A DNA stretch of 64,000 bases from Felis catus. Lineage: Eukaryota. A program made the translations under genes and the position numbers. The stretch is from positions 45,944,001 through 46,008,000 of the forward strand of contig NC_058368.1 in the NCBI RefSeq assembly GCF_018350175.1, in the 5' to 3' direction. The notes below the pieces were generated by a model. That model saw only the letters and a program-made list of their open reading frames with translations, did not search any database and was not told the origin of the DNA. Within the stretch, counting starts at the first letter, position 1, and each line of letters starts with the position of its first letter. Below, piece after piece: positions 11,200-24,200 of the stretch.

Positions 11200-13530
11200 G
11201 TCATGTTTTTGAGAAAATTTATCTCATTCTACAGTTCATATTGAAAAGCAAAAGAAGTAGAATAGCTAACACAATACTGAAGGGCAAAAAAAGTTAGAGG
11301 ACTTACACAAGTTGATTTCAAAACTTATTTCAAAGGTGTAGTAGTTAAGACCGCATGGTATTGGTGAAACAGTAGATATATAGATCAATGGAACAGAAGA
11401 GAGGGCCCAGAAAAATGCTCATACAAGTATAGTCAATTAGTATTTGGCAAAGGATCAAAGGCAATTCAATGAAGGAAGCCTAATATTTTCACCAAGTGGT
11501 AATGTAACAACTACAACTCCATATGCAAAAAATAAATAAATAAATAAACCTAGACACTAATCTTACAACTTTCAAAAAAATTACCCAAAATGGATCACAG
11601 ACCTAAATGTAAAATGCAATTCTACTGAACATCTGAAAGAGAGCATAGGAGAACATCTATGTGACCATGAGTTTGGTGGTGAGTTTTAGTGGCTATTATG
11701 GGTTAAACTGGGTCCCCTAAAATATGTATGTTGAAGTCCCAACTCTTAGTACCTCCTAATATGGCCTTATTTGGAAATAGGATGGCAGAAATGCAATTAG
11801 TTAAGACAAGACGAGACCTTACTGTGATAAGAGAGGCCAAGATATGATTGGTGTCCTTATATAAAGAGGGAGTCTGGACACAGAGGGAATGCTTGAAATA
11901 AAAACTGGAATTAAGCTGCCACAAACCAAAGAACACCTGCAGCTAGGATAAAAACTTTGGACAGACGCCTCCCTGACACTTTCAGGGAAAGCATGGCCCT
12001 AATGACACCTTAATCTTGGAATTCCAGCCTCCAGAACTATGAGAGGATACATTTCTGTCGTTTAAGCTGCTCAGGTTGTGGTATATTATAACAACATCCC
12101 TAGTCAACTAAAACAGACACAACACAGAAAGCGCAATCCATGAAACAAAATATTGATCAATAAACTTTGTTTACATTAAATGCTTCTCAGCAAAAGACAC
12201 TATTAAGAGAAACACAATATAATCACAGACTATGAAAAAATATTTCAAAATCGCATATTTTATAAAGAATGATATATATATAAATTATATAATGAACTCT
12301 GAAACTCAACGATAAAAAAGTAAACAATTCAATTGAAAAATAGGCAACAGATCTAACAGGTGCCTCACCAAAGAAGATATGTAGATGGCAAGTAAGTATT
12401 TGAAAATATGTTAAATATGGTTTATCATATAATTGCAAATTAAGGCAACAATGAGATACTACTGTATACCTATTTCAATGACTAAATCCAAAAATCTGCA
12501 GTTTCAATTGTTGACAACCATATGAAGCAGAAGGAACTCTCTTTTATTACTGGTGAGAACACAATGGTAGAACCACTTTGGAAGACAGATTCTCGGTTTC
12601 CTATAAAACTAATCAAAGTCTTACCACACACTCCAGCAATCACATTTCTAGATATTTACTCAGCAGATCTGATAACATGTCCACACAAAAACCTTCATTC
12701 AAGTGCACATAGTGCTTTATAATAATTGCTCAAAAAAATTTCACAATACCCAAGATGTCTAAGGGACATAGGAGCCAACAGAAAAAGCATCAAATGGCCA
12801 AAAATGAAACAATTTGAGCAACATCATATAGTTTTAGCTTAGAACTTAAAGTAAAAAATACCTGTCCATGAGGTCATAATGGTACAAATAAATGATTGAA
12901 TAAATAAGCGGGGAAAATAGATATACCTACTGTACAGAAGAATTCCAAATAATTTATGCAGATATTCTGCCCTCAAGGAGATTGACTATAACTTCCTTAT
13001 TCTTATGTGTGGGATGCAAACATTGACATCCTTTCAAGAGTATAGCATAGAAAGAGGGAAGAAAGAATGACTTCACAGTTCAGAACTCAGAGAAATACTG
13101 CGTTACCCAGGCAATCAAGGTTAATAATAATAGTTATAAATCATACTTATTTTATGTATTCTTAATATAATCCGATCTTATTAGCACCTCAGTGTGCTAA
13201 TATAATCTTCATTGTCCTTGTGCTCTACCTCCCCAAAACACATAATCACAGTCCAATCCCAAGAAAAGCATTCAACAAAACCCAATTGAGAGATATTCTA
13301 TAAATACTTTGCCAATATTCTTCAAAAGTCAAATATTCTTCAAGGTCATCAGAAACTAGGAAAGTCTGAGAAACTGTCACAACCAAGAGGTATACCATAT
13401 CAATGCAAGATGTTAATAATAACATAAATTGGGTGTGTAGGGCATGTGGAAACTCTGTACCAACTGTATTATTTTCCTGTAACTCTAATATTGCTCTAAA
13501 ATAAAATGCTTATTTTTATAAAGTTAAAAA
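11200..13530 (+). mobile_element. L1 (L1MC-like) ORF2 3' part and 3'UTR
   Basis: ORF2 text 'gcatggtattggtg...atagatcaatggaacagaagagagggcccagaa'; L1MC-type 3'UTR 'agggacataggagccaac...gaagaattccaaataatttatgcagat...ggaaagtctgagaaactgtcaca'; A-rich end ~13530. Confidence 0.85.
11694..12114 (+). mobile_element. MaLR solo LTR (MLT1B/C-like) inserted in L1
   Basis: 'tattatgggttaaactgggtcccctaaaatatgtatgttgaagtcc...ttccagcctccagaactatgagaggatacatttctgtcgtttaagc...aactaaaaca'. Confidence 0.85.
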
Positions 13531-13544
13531 AGGTATGGGTGAGT

Positions 13545-15640
13545 AACCTCATTAAGATGGCAAAATAGGTTGTCTCCTCACAAGAACATCCCACAACTAT
13601 TCCACAACAAGATGCCACTGAGAGAATCCCAGAACATGGAGTGAAGCTGAAGCACCCCCTGTACCATGGTTACCAAGACAGACAACATTAGAAGGGTAAT
13701 GGACATGGCTACCCATGGGCCACATTGCCCCTCCCTCAGGTCAGTGCAGCACCATGCAGAGAAGACTCCTCAGACTCTCTGGTTCCTCCAGTGGGGAAAA
13801 AGAACCTATGGAGACAACACCCACCCCAGCCCTTCCTCTGATCTCGTATCACAGGAATTGCAGGGAAATCTATGGAACTAAACCACTGGGAATCTGACTG
13901 TGACAAATAAAGGGGGTAGGTAACAACCTACCTAATTTGTTACTTGCAACAACCAGCATATGGATCTTGGCTTTGCTCATCCACAGAAGCAAGTTGGTGG
14001 TACACTGTGACCACAGGATTTGGTCAGGTGCAGATCTGCCATATTTGAATCTTCAAACGAGGAGTTTTGCTGGTCCCTAGAACTAGGTTTGTCTACTCCC
14101 AGGCAAGGAGCAGAACCACAGCCTTACCCTGTGTGGAGAATGTCTTCTGGCCCCATCTGACCAGAAGGACTAGTGAAAAGTACTAGGAACTACATGGTCC
14201 TGGGGTGCTCCAGCCAAGAGGTGGGTAGTCAGAGCAGTTACCTCTGAAGCAAAGCCAGTATCAGACATGAGGAAGCCCCATGTTATACACAGTCAGGAGG
14301 ATTAATTCAGAGCCAAGGCTGAGGGTAGGTTCCAGCGTCTCCCACACAGAAAGCCTGTTTTGGAAAATAAGAGTAACCTGGAACAGCCTCTCCCCTTCCT
14401 GCCCAGGCAAAGTTGCTGAAATATAGCCCCGCCCAGCATGGAATGTGTCTTTCCAGCCCATTTGACCAGAAGGGCTGGCAGCAACTCCTGGGATCTGTGT
14501 GGCCCAGCAGTGTCTCTCTGCATGGTGCAGTGAGCCCTGAGGAGGGCAGGCAGAGGCTATAGCGTGCAAAGCAAAGGTAGTGACCTTGTTCAGCCAGAAA
14601 CTTGGGGGTATGGGTCAGCTTGAGTTAAAGCAGCAAACAAAGAGTTTTCCCAGCTTTAGAGCTACCTCTCCCCCTGAGCCCAGGCAGAGAATCTAATTCA
14701 TAGCCCCACTCATTACAGAATACAGACTTTAGTGTGTACAGCCAAGGAACCTCACCAGGGCACATGAGAAGCTCCCATGGCCTATTCAAAAGCCCTAAAT
14801 AGAGTGACACTTAAACAGAGAGCATAGCCTGTGGCTTCCCTCATTTGCAGAGCAAACCAGAGGCTCACCTGGCCAGGGGATCTGGTGCACAGCCTGGCCT
14901 ATCCAAATCATACCAAGTATGTTCTCTGACCACAATGGCATGAAACTAGAAATCAACAGCAAGAAGAAAACTGGAAAATTCACAAACGCATGAAGAACAC
15001 TAACTTAAAAACACTAATTCAAAACACCAACTCAAAAAGATATCTGTACCCCCATGTCCATTATTTGCCATAGCCAAGATACAGAAACAGACTAAGTGTC
15101 CATTAGTGGATGAATGAAGAAGTTGTGGTATATATATGAAGGAGTATTACTCAGCCATAAAAAATGAGAAAATCCTATCATTTGCAACAACTTGTATGAT
15201 CTCAGTTATATGCGGAATCTAAAAAAATCCCCCAAAACAAAACAAAACAAAGACCCTCAAACTCATAGTAAAAGAGATCACACTTGTGGTTACCAAAGGA
15301 AAAGGGTGGGGTGAGGGGGAATTGTAAGAAGGTGGTCAAGATATAAACTGCCAGATACAAGATAAATACATAGTAGGGATATGACGTACAGCACGATGAC
15401 CATACCTACCACAGTTGTGTGATATATAGCAAACTTGATAAGAGAGTAAATCCTGAGTTCTCATCACAAGGAAATTTTTTTTCCTCTTTTCTTTTTATTA
15501 TACTATATGAGAAGACGGATTTTGGATGAACCCATTGTGGTTAGCATTACACAATAAATATAAATCAAACCATCATGCTGTATGCCTTAAACTTATACAG
15601 TGATGTATGTCAATGATTTCTCAATAAATCTGGGGAAATT
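13545..15640 (+). mobile_element. Internally deleted L1 (5'UTR + ~100 bp ORF2 + 3' end; L1MA9/carnivore-type)
   Basis: 5' 'aagatggcaaaatagg' start and GC-richer 5'UTR to ~14900; ORF2 endonuclease piece 'ttctctgaccacaatggcatgaaactagaaatc' (FSDHNGMKLEI); 3'UTR ending 'ttctcaataaatctggggaaa'. Confidence 0.75.
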
Positions 15641-16846
15641 AAAGTATTGGTAAACAAAAAAAAGTAATGATATGGTTTATTCTTATAAGTATGGATATTT
15701 GTAAGTATCATTTTTACTTTAGTTCTGGAGTTTCTCCTCTGGCCCATTAAAATTTTCTTGGAATATTTAAAAAAATCAACCTCAATCTCAGATCTTCAAT
15801 TAAAAATACACAACTGTGGTAAACAGAACGATATCCAGAATAATCAGCTATCTTAGATATATCAAGTTATGCCTTGTACTTATGGCTAACTCTTTGAGTG
15901 CAATAACTTTTTTTTAATTAATAAACTTTATTTTTTAGAGCAGTTTCAGGTTCACTTCAATAACTTTAAAATATAATTTCGCAACTGAAAAGACACAATA
16001 ACAGTTGCTTGCTTCGTTGATTACATGATAAATATTTTGTTCCCTACTATGTAACACTTACCAATAAATGCCAATAATAATTGCAACAAAATCTTTTGCT
16101 TTTAAAGCTGTGTAAAAGGCAGAAATAATCATGTAATCATCTTGTAATTATATGGTACTTACTATGCAATTACATAGTAAATACATTGTAAATTCAAAAT
16201 AATTACATGGTTATTTGCATTATGCATAGTTTCTAATCCAATTTTGACACATAAAACAGTGGTAGCATCCAAAGGGTTACCCAAATTTCTCCCACCTACA
16301 CCACAGGATCAGTAATAATGGAAGTAATTAAAGGAAGTCCTTGAACCAATGCTTGATAGTATATGTTAGAAACTATCCATTCATATTTATGACATAGGTA
16401 GAATTATAAATTAGGGCAGAATGGGATTAGCAATTAGACTATAAATTATCAATTAAAATTTATGCTAACAATGACTTTGGTGTTGGTGATATCAAATAGT
16501 ACTTTATCACGAACAATTAAATAAAGACTGTTCAGAAGGAAAAAAAAACATGAATGATAATGGTATTATATGTTGTAAAGGGTTGCCATTTTGCATTTTT
16601 AGTCAAAATATTCATTTTGACAGAAACATTTGAGTTTAGTAATATTTACAAAAGCTTATCGTATATTTGAGTCCCTAAAATGTTTATTTTTTGAATATTT
16701 TTTGAATATTTTTTTGAAAATAGAAACAAAATATTTATCTTTAAAAGTAAGTTCCTTAAGAGACTGATTTCTTTTGAAAAGGCAGAGTCAGAAGCTCAGC
16801 AAACCCTTTGCAACCAAAAAACCATTTATATGCAGAAAATTATTTT

Positions 16847-17080
16847 ATTTATTTTTTATTTATTTTTTTAAGTTTATTTGGTTTTGAGAGAGAGACAGAC
16901 ACACAGACAGAGTGTGAGCAGGGTAGGGGCAGAGAGAGAGGGAGACACAGAATCTGAAGCAGGCTCTAGGCTCCCACGCTGTCAGCACAGAGCCTGATGC
17001 AGGGCTCTAACCCACAGACTGCGAGATCATGACCCGAACTGAAGTCAGATGCTTAACCAACTGAGCCACCCAGGCGCCCC
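16847..17080 (-). mobile_element. CAN-SINE
   Basis: Full antisense SINE; 16-bp TSD TGCAGAAAATTATTTT at 16831-16846 and 17081-17096. Confidence 0.96.
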
Positions 17081-17309
17081 TGCAGAAAATTATTTTTCAA
17101 AAAAATCAACATTTTAAGTCTTTTTACTCAATCTTAAGTAAATTTTTCTGAAAGCATATAACAGGTGACCAAACATTCATTCAATAACATCTACTACATT
17201 TTAATAAGAACATTAAGAATCTCTGGCATTTAAGCTACAACTCTTTGCATTCCACTCAAAAAGCTTCATCTTATGGGGCTTCTTACCCTTCTAGTTCCCA
17301 ATCTAAGCA

Positions 17310-17837
17310 ACTGTATTAACATGAGAGGGGGGGCAGCTGGTATTTCTCATTGTTCCCAACTCCATGTGGCTGAAGTAATGTTTTGGGCCAACACAGCCCT
17401 GAGGGCCAAGACTCCCTTCTAACACCCAGTCCCCACTCACAGGGCAAAATCTCTATTCCAGACATTACAAGACCAGAATACCGAACCCTGATCCCCAACC
17501 CATCTTGCTTCTAGGGTGGAGGTTCCAAGAACTGGTTCCAGCCAGTAATATAGGAACACTCTCCAGCTTTGCACAGTTCTTGGTCATAGAGCAAAGGTGT
17601 GACTCCAGTCGAAATGCATCATTGTTCCTGTCCTAGATCTTGTGAGTTAATGAAAAGCTTATACCCAATGGGAAAGACACAGCACAGGAGCAAAGAGTTT
17701 CACAGTTCTATCTGAGAAAATTGACTTTGTTTGGAAAAGAGCATGAAGAATTCCATGCCTATGGGACAAAGGGGAGATGTCATAAACAATGGTGATCTTG
17801 GCAGAGAGCAACAAAAGGTACACATAGCTCTACCAGT

Positions 17838-17890
<53 letters not shown>

Positions 17891-19845
17891 GAACAATCAC
17901 ATAGTTTAACAGAGAGAACCAAGCAAATAGATATCCATGAAGAACTACTAGGATCACATTTAACCCTTGGGTACAGAAAGGCTGTGCACAAGCTGAATGA
18001 ACTGAGGAACAATTAGAGCAGGAGATGGGACAGGAACGAAAACATTCCCCAAGTCACACACAGATCCATAGTAAAGAGTAAAAGCTTCACTGGAACTAGG
18101 AGCTTAAGCACAATCTCTAACCAAACATTGGCCAAACAATAAGCTACTGTGACTCAGAAATAATTACTAAGAAGCCAGGTTTAACAATAAAATCACATCC
18201 ATTGTAGCAGTCTGGAAGACTATGTACATGCCCAAGGTTGCATCCTCTAAAATAGAATCATACAGGAAAATCCATGCTATCAGTTCTAAGCAAAAGGGGT
18301 GGAGGATAGAGGGAAAAAATGTAAACTCTGAACTATGATAGCAACCTCCAAACACACATGCATTTAATTGCAAAACTAAATATCCAGCAGGCCAAGGGAA
18401 CTTAAGCACACCTGTTGACCAATAACAAGCTTATGCTGACCTGGGCCAATTACTGGTCAGGTAAAAAGATAAACACAAGAAAACAACTGCATATTGTAAT
18501 GGCAATAAACATCATAGAATTATTTTTGCCAATTCACTAAACAAATAAATGATAGCATCAACCCTAAGGGGGTAGGTAGAGTTAAGATTCTGATTTGTTA
18601 TATTACCTAAAATGCACAATTTTCAAGAAAAAGTTAAGAGACATGCAAAAAAAGAAAAGAAGAAAAAGGAGAAGGAGGAGGAGGATGAGGAGGAGGAGGA
18701 GGAGGAGAAGGAGAAGGAAACTGTGATATGCATATGGGGGGAAAATAGGCAATTCAATGGGGGGGGAATATAATCTTTTCAACAAATGGTGCTGAGACAA
18801 TATCCACATGCAGAAGAATGAATTTGGATTCCTACCTCACACCATAAAAAAAATTATTCAAAGTGAATCATTGATTTAAATGTAAAAGCTAACATTATAA
18901 AACCCTTAGGAATAGGAAAATATAAGAATAACTCCTTATGACCTTGGATTAATGATTTCTTACATATAATACCAAAACCAAAAAAGAGACAGATAATCTA
19001 GTTTAAAATGGGCAAAGAATTTGAATATTCATTTCTTGACAAAGATATGCAATGGTTAATAAACTTAGGAAAAGATGTACATCATTAGCCATTAGGGAAA
19101 TGCAAATCAAAACCACAGTGATTTACCACTTCACATCTACTAGGATAGCTACAATCAAAAGAAAATGTAAAACATATTGTCAAGGATGTAGCAAAACTGG
19201 AACCATCATGCATTGTAGGTAGGAATGTTAAATGGCTTAGCCAATTTGGAAGACAGTTTAGCAGTTTCTTAAAGAGTTAAGTACAAATTTACCACATAAT
19301 CAAGCAATCCCATGTTTAGAATATGCAAGAGAAATGAAAACATATGTCCACAGTAAGATTTCTGCATGAATGATCATAGCAAAAATACTTTTAATAGCCA
19401 AAAAGTGAAAAAAAACGCATCCATCAACTGGTGAATGTATAGAGTTGTGGTCATCCATACAGTGGAATCGCATTTGGCAATAAAAATGAATGAAAGGCTG
19501 ACACATACTACAACATGGATCAACCTCTAAAATATTACGCTACATGAAAGAAGCCAGATGCAAAAGACCACATTTTGGGTGATTTTATTTATGTGAAGTG
19601 TCCAGAAACAGTAAATCTTTAGAAACAGTAAGTAGATCAGTGGTTGTCTGAGACTGGGTTTAGGAACAGGAAGTGACCGTAGTGAGCACCATGTATCTGT
19701 TTGAGGTAACAAAAATTTTCTACAATTAGATTGTGGTAATTTTTATACTTGTCTGTCAATTTGAAAAACCATTTAATTATACTCTTAAACCAAATGAATT
19801 TAAGATGCATATGTGATACCTCAATAAACTCATCTTTAAAAAAGC
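17310..19845 (+). mobile_element. Old L1 fragments: 5' region (17310-18650) and ORF2 3' end/3'UTR of L1MB/L1ME type (18740-19845)
   Basis: 'ttttcaacaaatggtgctgagacaa' (FNKWC motif), 'attagccattagggaaatgcaaatcaaaaccacagtga', 3'UTR 'agaagccagatgcaaaagaccaca...gtagatcagtggttgtc'; contains A46 and (GGA)n. Confidence 0.75.
17841..17886 (+). repeat. Pure poly(A), 46 nt
   Basis: Uninterrupted A run seen directly. Confidence 0.95.
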
Positions 19846-21806
19846 AGGTCCTTGGTAAGTGACTGTAGTAATCATATCTCACATTTGAAGTCAAAGATAC
19901 TCATACTAATTATAAGATGATATATACATATATACCCTCTTTTTGCCTCTCACACCATCACAACTTGTCTCATTTATTTGGAAAGTATTGGGTATCAGTC
20001 ACCATAGAAAGCTGAAATATAATCTTATATCCTGATCTATTCTAAGCAGTAAGTACAAATCAATTTTAAGTATATTACAATGATACTCAAATTTTATATT
20101 TTGGCTTGATAGACCTAGTTTTTCTCATAAATACATTAGCTACATTTCCAAATGACATGAGAATTTCTACCTCAAAATTGAAAATACTTTGTTAGCCTTA
20201 GAGAGGATTCTGCACTTAACTCTAGTAAACAATGTGATCTAAAATCAACTTTAGTTGGAATTTTTGCTGCTATCTTAAAAATACATCTTGCATAATGTAT
20301 TATAATATGGATTAAATCAAAAGGTATAATGTTAACATCCAACCTTGTTGTTTATTCAAGTCAATCTACTTATATATACAAATCTGATATTTACCTCTTA
20401 AAATATTTAACAGGCATAAGTGCCCATAAATCAGTTATGACAATCATTGTTAAGGCAATCAATAGCAGGGAATATGCATTAATTCAAATAATATTGATAG
20501 GCTCATGAACCTGCATCAGTCTTCTGTGAAGTAAGAAAAATGAGACATCTTCCAAAAAATCAATATTTTCCTTTTTATGTCATTCACTTGAAGATTATCA
20601 ATAATACATTACTTTTTTACCTGATGTGTCAATGGTTTAATTTTTAAATACAGACATCTCTACATTTTAATGTGAAATGATAATCTACAAGGAACCAAGA
20701 GACTAAAAATCATTTGATTAAAATATTTTTTGAGGTTTATAAAAACACATGTGTTGATACACTTATACACACATACACACATATATGCCCCTAAATATAT
20801 ATACGTACATGAACTGTTGCTATATTTTTGCGTGCAGTAGCATAAGAAAGCTCTGTCTTTGAAACAGCACAAAAATTCTTGCTTCATTCTGAAGGTGTAT
20901 TGAATAAAAGGAATAAAAGAAATCTCAGTACCCATCTTTTTTAGCCTTTGTGAACTGGGATGTTACACAGGTATGTGCTTAGGTAAAAATACAAAATGTG
21001 AAATTACAACACCCATTCATCAAAAAAGAAACATTTTAATTGGTTATAGGTGGAAAATATCTACTTGACAGTCAGTTTCTCACTTTTCACGTAAGTGCTT
21101 TGCTGCTTGGATGCCTAATCTTGTTTAGTGTAGGAAAAGTAATTTGACATGAAAGTACCTAGATGGCTGCCGAAAATTAATTGCCAATTAAAAAAGAAAA
21201 ATGTTTGTGCTACTCTATAAACAAGCCAACATATAAACCTTTCAGTCTTGTTGCTTTATTTATGTCTTTATAGATCTGGTTTCAAGCTATTTGCATACAA
21301 TTTACAAATTCATATTATAATTCTCCAGTATATTTATGATTTTATAGTTGTATATATTTTACCTCCATGAGAAATATTTATTTCTGTATGCTTCCGTTGC
21401 TTATTATTTAACAAAAACATCACATTGCATTTGATAGTTTATGTATCTTCTTTAGAATAAGACATTTTTATTTGTAAAGGGGAAAGAAAATATTTTACCA
21501 CCACCAATGGGTATGGATGAGCACACGCACGTGTGTACACACCACACATGCACGCACACACACACACACATGCCACAGAAACCTTATTTTAGAAAATGTC
21601 CCATACCTTTCATCTCTCTGTCGGTCTCCATAATATTGATAATAATAACTTTTTAGAGGTAAGAGGAAAAGATTTCCTATATGAAAGAAACTTTGAGAAA
21701 TCAATCGATTCTGAGAGGTTTCAGTACTTGAATACCTATAAACCAATATTCATCGGGGCACCTAGACTGGCAAAAAGGAGAGTCATTCATATCCTTATCT
21801 CACTCA

Positions 21807-22005
21807 GGGCACCTGGGTAGCTCAGTCAGTCAAAGTGTCGGACTTCAGCTCAGGTCATGATCTCAAAGTTTGTGAGTTTGAGCCCATGTCAGGCTCTCTG
21901 CTGTCAGCACAGAGACTGTTTTGGATCCTCTGTGTCCCTCTCCGCTGCCCCTTCCCTGCTCAATCTCTAAATAAACAAACAAACAAACAAACAAACTTTA
22001 AAAAA
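21807..22005 (+). mobile_element. CAN-SINE
   Basis: gggcacctgggtagctcagtcag...ctcaggtcatgatctc...(AAAC)n tail. Confidence 0.93.
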
Positions 22006-22718
22006 TGTAAATTCTTATCTCTCTTTGAAAGGAAAATTTCAGATTGAAGATAAAATCTGGAGCCTTCTATTAAATCAAATGAAGAGTAAAGTATCAATAT
22101 TCTAAAAATGTTAGAAGGGAAATTAGTAAATATGTATGTGTGTATATACATACACTATATGAAATAATGATGTTTGAGCCACATTTTCATACTTCCCATT
22201 TTGAAGTTTTGGCAGCTTTTTCTGGCTATGCAAAAGTACCAGTGAGATGAAAGGAGGTCATTTATTCTAAGTCAAGTATTCATCAAAGTTATCATACTGC
22301 AACTGGAGGGAGGGGAGGCATTGATGGAAAAGATTTTTCCAAAGAGTTCCCAAAAACAATAACAAGAACTGCAGCATCTTACTTTGTTATTTAGAAACAA
22401 AAACAAGTTTCCTATTAAGAGTTGAATCAAATGATGTGTCTTCCTTCACCTGTACCAGCAATCAAGATCCAACTTTCTGACATCTTTATTCTTATTCATT
22501 TAAATATCTTTCTCATAGTCATACTGTTTCCAAACTATGGGATTATCTTTTTCTTGTGTTTTATATCAAATTAGGGCTCGGCTGTATTTCAAAGCAGTCA
22601 GCACAATGCTTGACACACATTAGGCTCTATGTATTTTTTAACTAAATAGAATTCTGTTAATAATATATTTGTTCCATCTCTGGCATCTGTCCTGTCTTTT
22701 TCTCCCCCAGTGTCCCTA

Positions 22719-23690
22719 GTTATGGAGGCTTTGGTAACTATTATGGCTATAATAATTATGGCTATGGAAATGATGGCTTTGATGCCAGATTGAGAGTTGA
22801 TATTGATGGGCATGGCTAGGGGGAGCTGGTGATGCAAGTTCAGGTTTTTTCGGTGGTCATTTTGTACATATGGGAGGATTACCTTTTAATTCAACTGAAA
22901 ATGACATCGCTAATTTTCCCCATGACTAAATCCAATATGAGTTGATACTGATATTGGAGCTGGTGGCAGAGCAACAGGAGAAGCAGATGTAGAGTTTGTA
23001 ACATATAAGGATGCAGTAGCTACCATGTCTAACGGTAAGAATAGATACAATACCAATACATTAAACTCTTCTTGAATTCTAGTCTGGCATGGGAGGTTCT
23101 GGAATGGGTGCTGTAGCAGAGATGGAATGAGAGAGATTATGGATCCATTGGAAGGATGGAAATGGGGGACAATTACAGCGAAGGATTGGTACTCCTGGTG
23201 GTTTGAGTGGTTATGGCCATGATAGGCAGTGGAGGTTACTATGGGCAAGGTGGCATGAATGGAGGTGGATGGTGTGACATGTACTGAAGCATAAACCACC
23301 AAGTACCAAGTCCTGTGAACAGAATCCCATCTACTAGGCTTTCTTACAGATTTAATTTCTTTTGGGAGTACCTGGGTGGCTCAGTCAGTTAAGTGTCAGA
23401 CTTTGGCTTAGGTCATAATCTCATGGTCCATGAGTTCAAGCTCCACATTGGGTTCTCTGCTGTCAGGGCAGAACCCACTTTGGATCCTATCTCCCTCTCT
23501 CTGCCCCTCCCCCCATTAGTCTCTCTCAAAAATAAATAAATATTTAATATCTTTTGTATTTTAAGAACTGTATAATGGCTGAAGGAATGTGTTTTCAAAA
23601 TATTATTTGGAAAAGCAACAGATTGTGATGGAAACATCTGTTTTCTATAGGTTTTATTTGTTGCACACTTTGCATAAATTTTATTTTAAG
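22719..23690 (+). pseudogene. HNRNPH3: Decayed, 5'-truncated processed pseudogene of HNRNPH3 (hnRNP 2H9) with a SINE in its 3'UTR
   Basis: Reads with frameshifts and stops as [97 protein letters not shown] (TGA 23285-23287), matching the HNRNPH3 C-terminal half; no introns; 3'UTR follows. Confidence 0.92.
23364..23541 (+). mobile_element. CAN-SINE inserted in the HNRNPH3 retrocopy 3'UTR
   Basis: SINE head at 23364; TSD atttaatttcttttg (23350-23364) / atttaatatcttttg (23542-23556). Confidence 0.93.
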
Positions 23691-23980
23691 AATAAGTGAT
23701 GAACCCCTCATCACTTCCAAACTGAGCTATTGCAAAAGTACTCAAGACTATATATATTTTAATATTTATTGATATCCTACCATGTGTTCTATACTCTGAG
23801 AGAAGCCTATACATAGATCATCTTGTCACTCTTCTACAAGGTAGGTGTTAATAGTTCTAATAGTATGAAAAAGATTGCAATAAGTCTTCTCCAAATACAA
23901 CATCATTTTGCCTTTCCATTTATGGGTCTACAGAACAGTTTCATATTCTCTATCTCCAGTCTTAGTTCCTGTACTTTTTA

Positions 23981-24200
23981 ATTTCTATTCATTTTTTGAC
24001 ATTTATTTACTTTTGAGAGACAGAGACAGAGCATTAGTGGAGGAGGGGTTAGAGAGAGGGGGAGACACAGAATTCCAAGCAGGCTACAGCCTCTTAGCTG
24101 TCAGCACAGAGCCCTACGTGGGACTCAAACTCATGAACCGTGAGATCATGACCTGAGCCGAAGTTGGAGGCTGAACTGACTGAGCCACAGCAGTGCCACG
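23981..24200 (-). mobile_element. CAN-SINE
   Basis: 16-bp TSD GTTCCTGTACTTTTTA at 23965-23980 and 24201-24216. Confidence 0.95.

Noticed and set aside
22910..23302. 130-aa minus-strand ORF
   Set aside because: Antisense shadow of the Gly-rich HNRNPH3 pseudogene.
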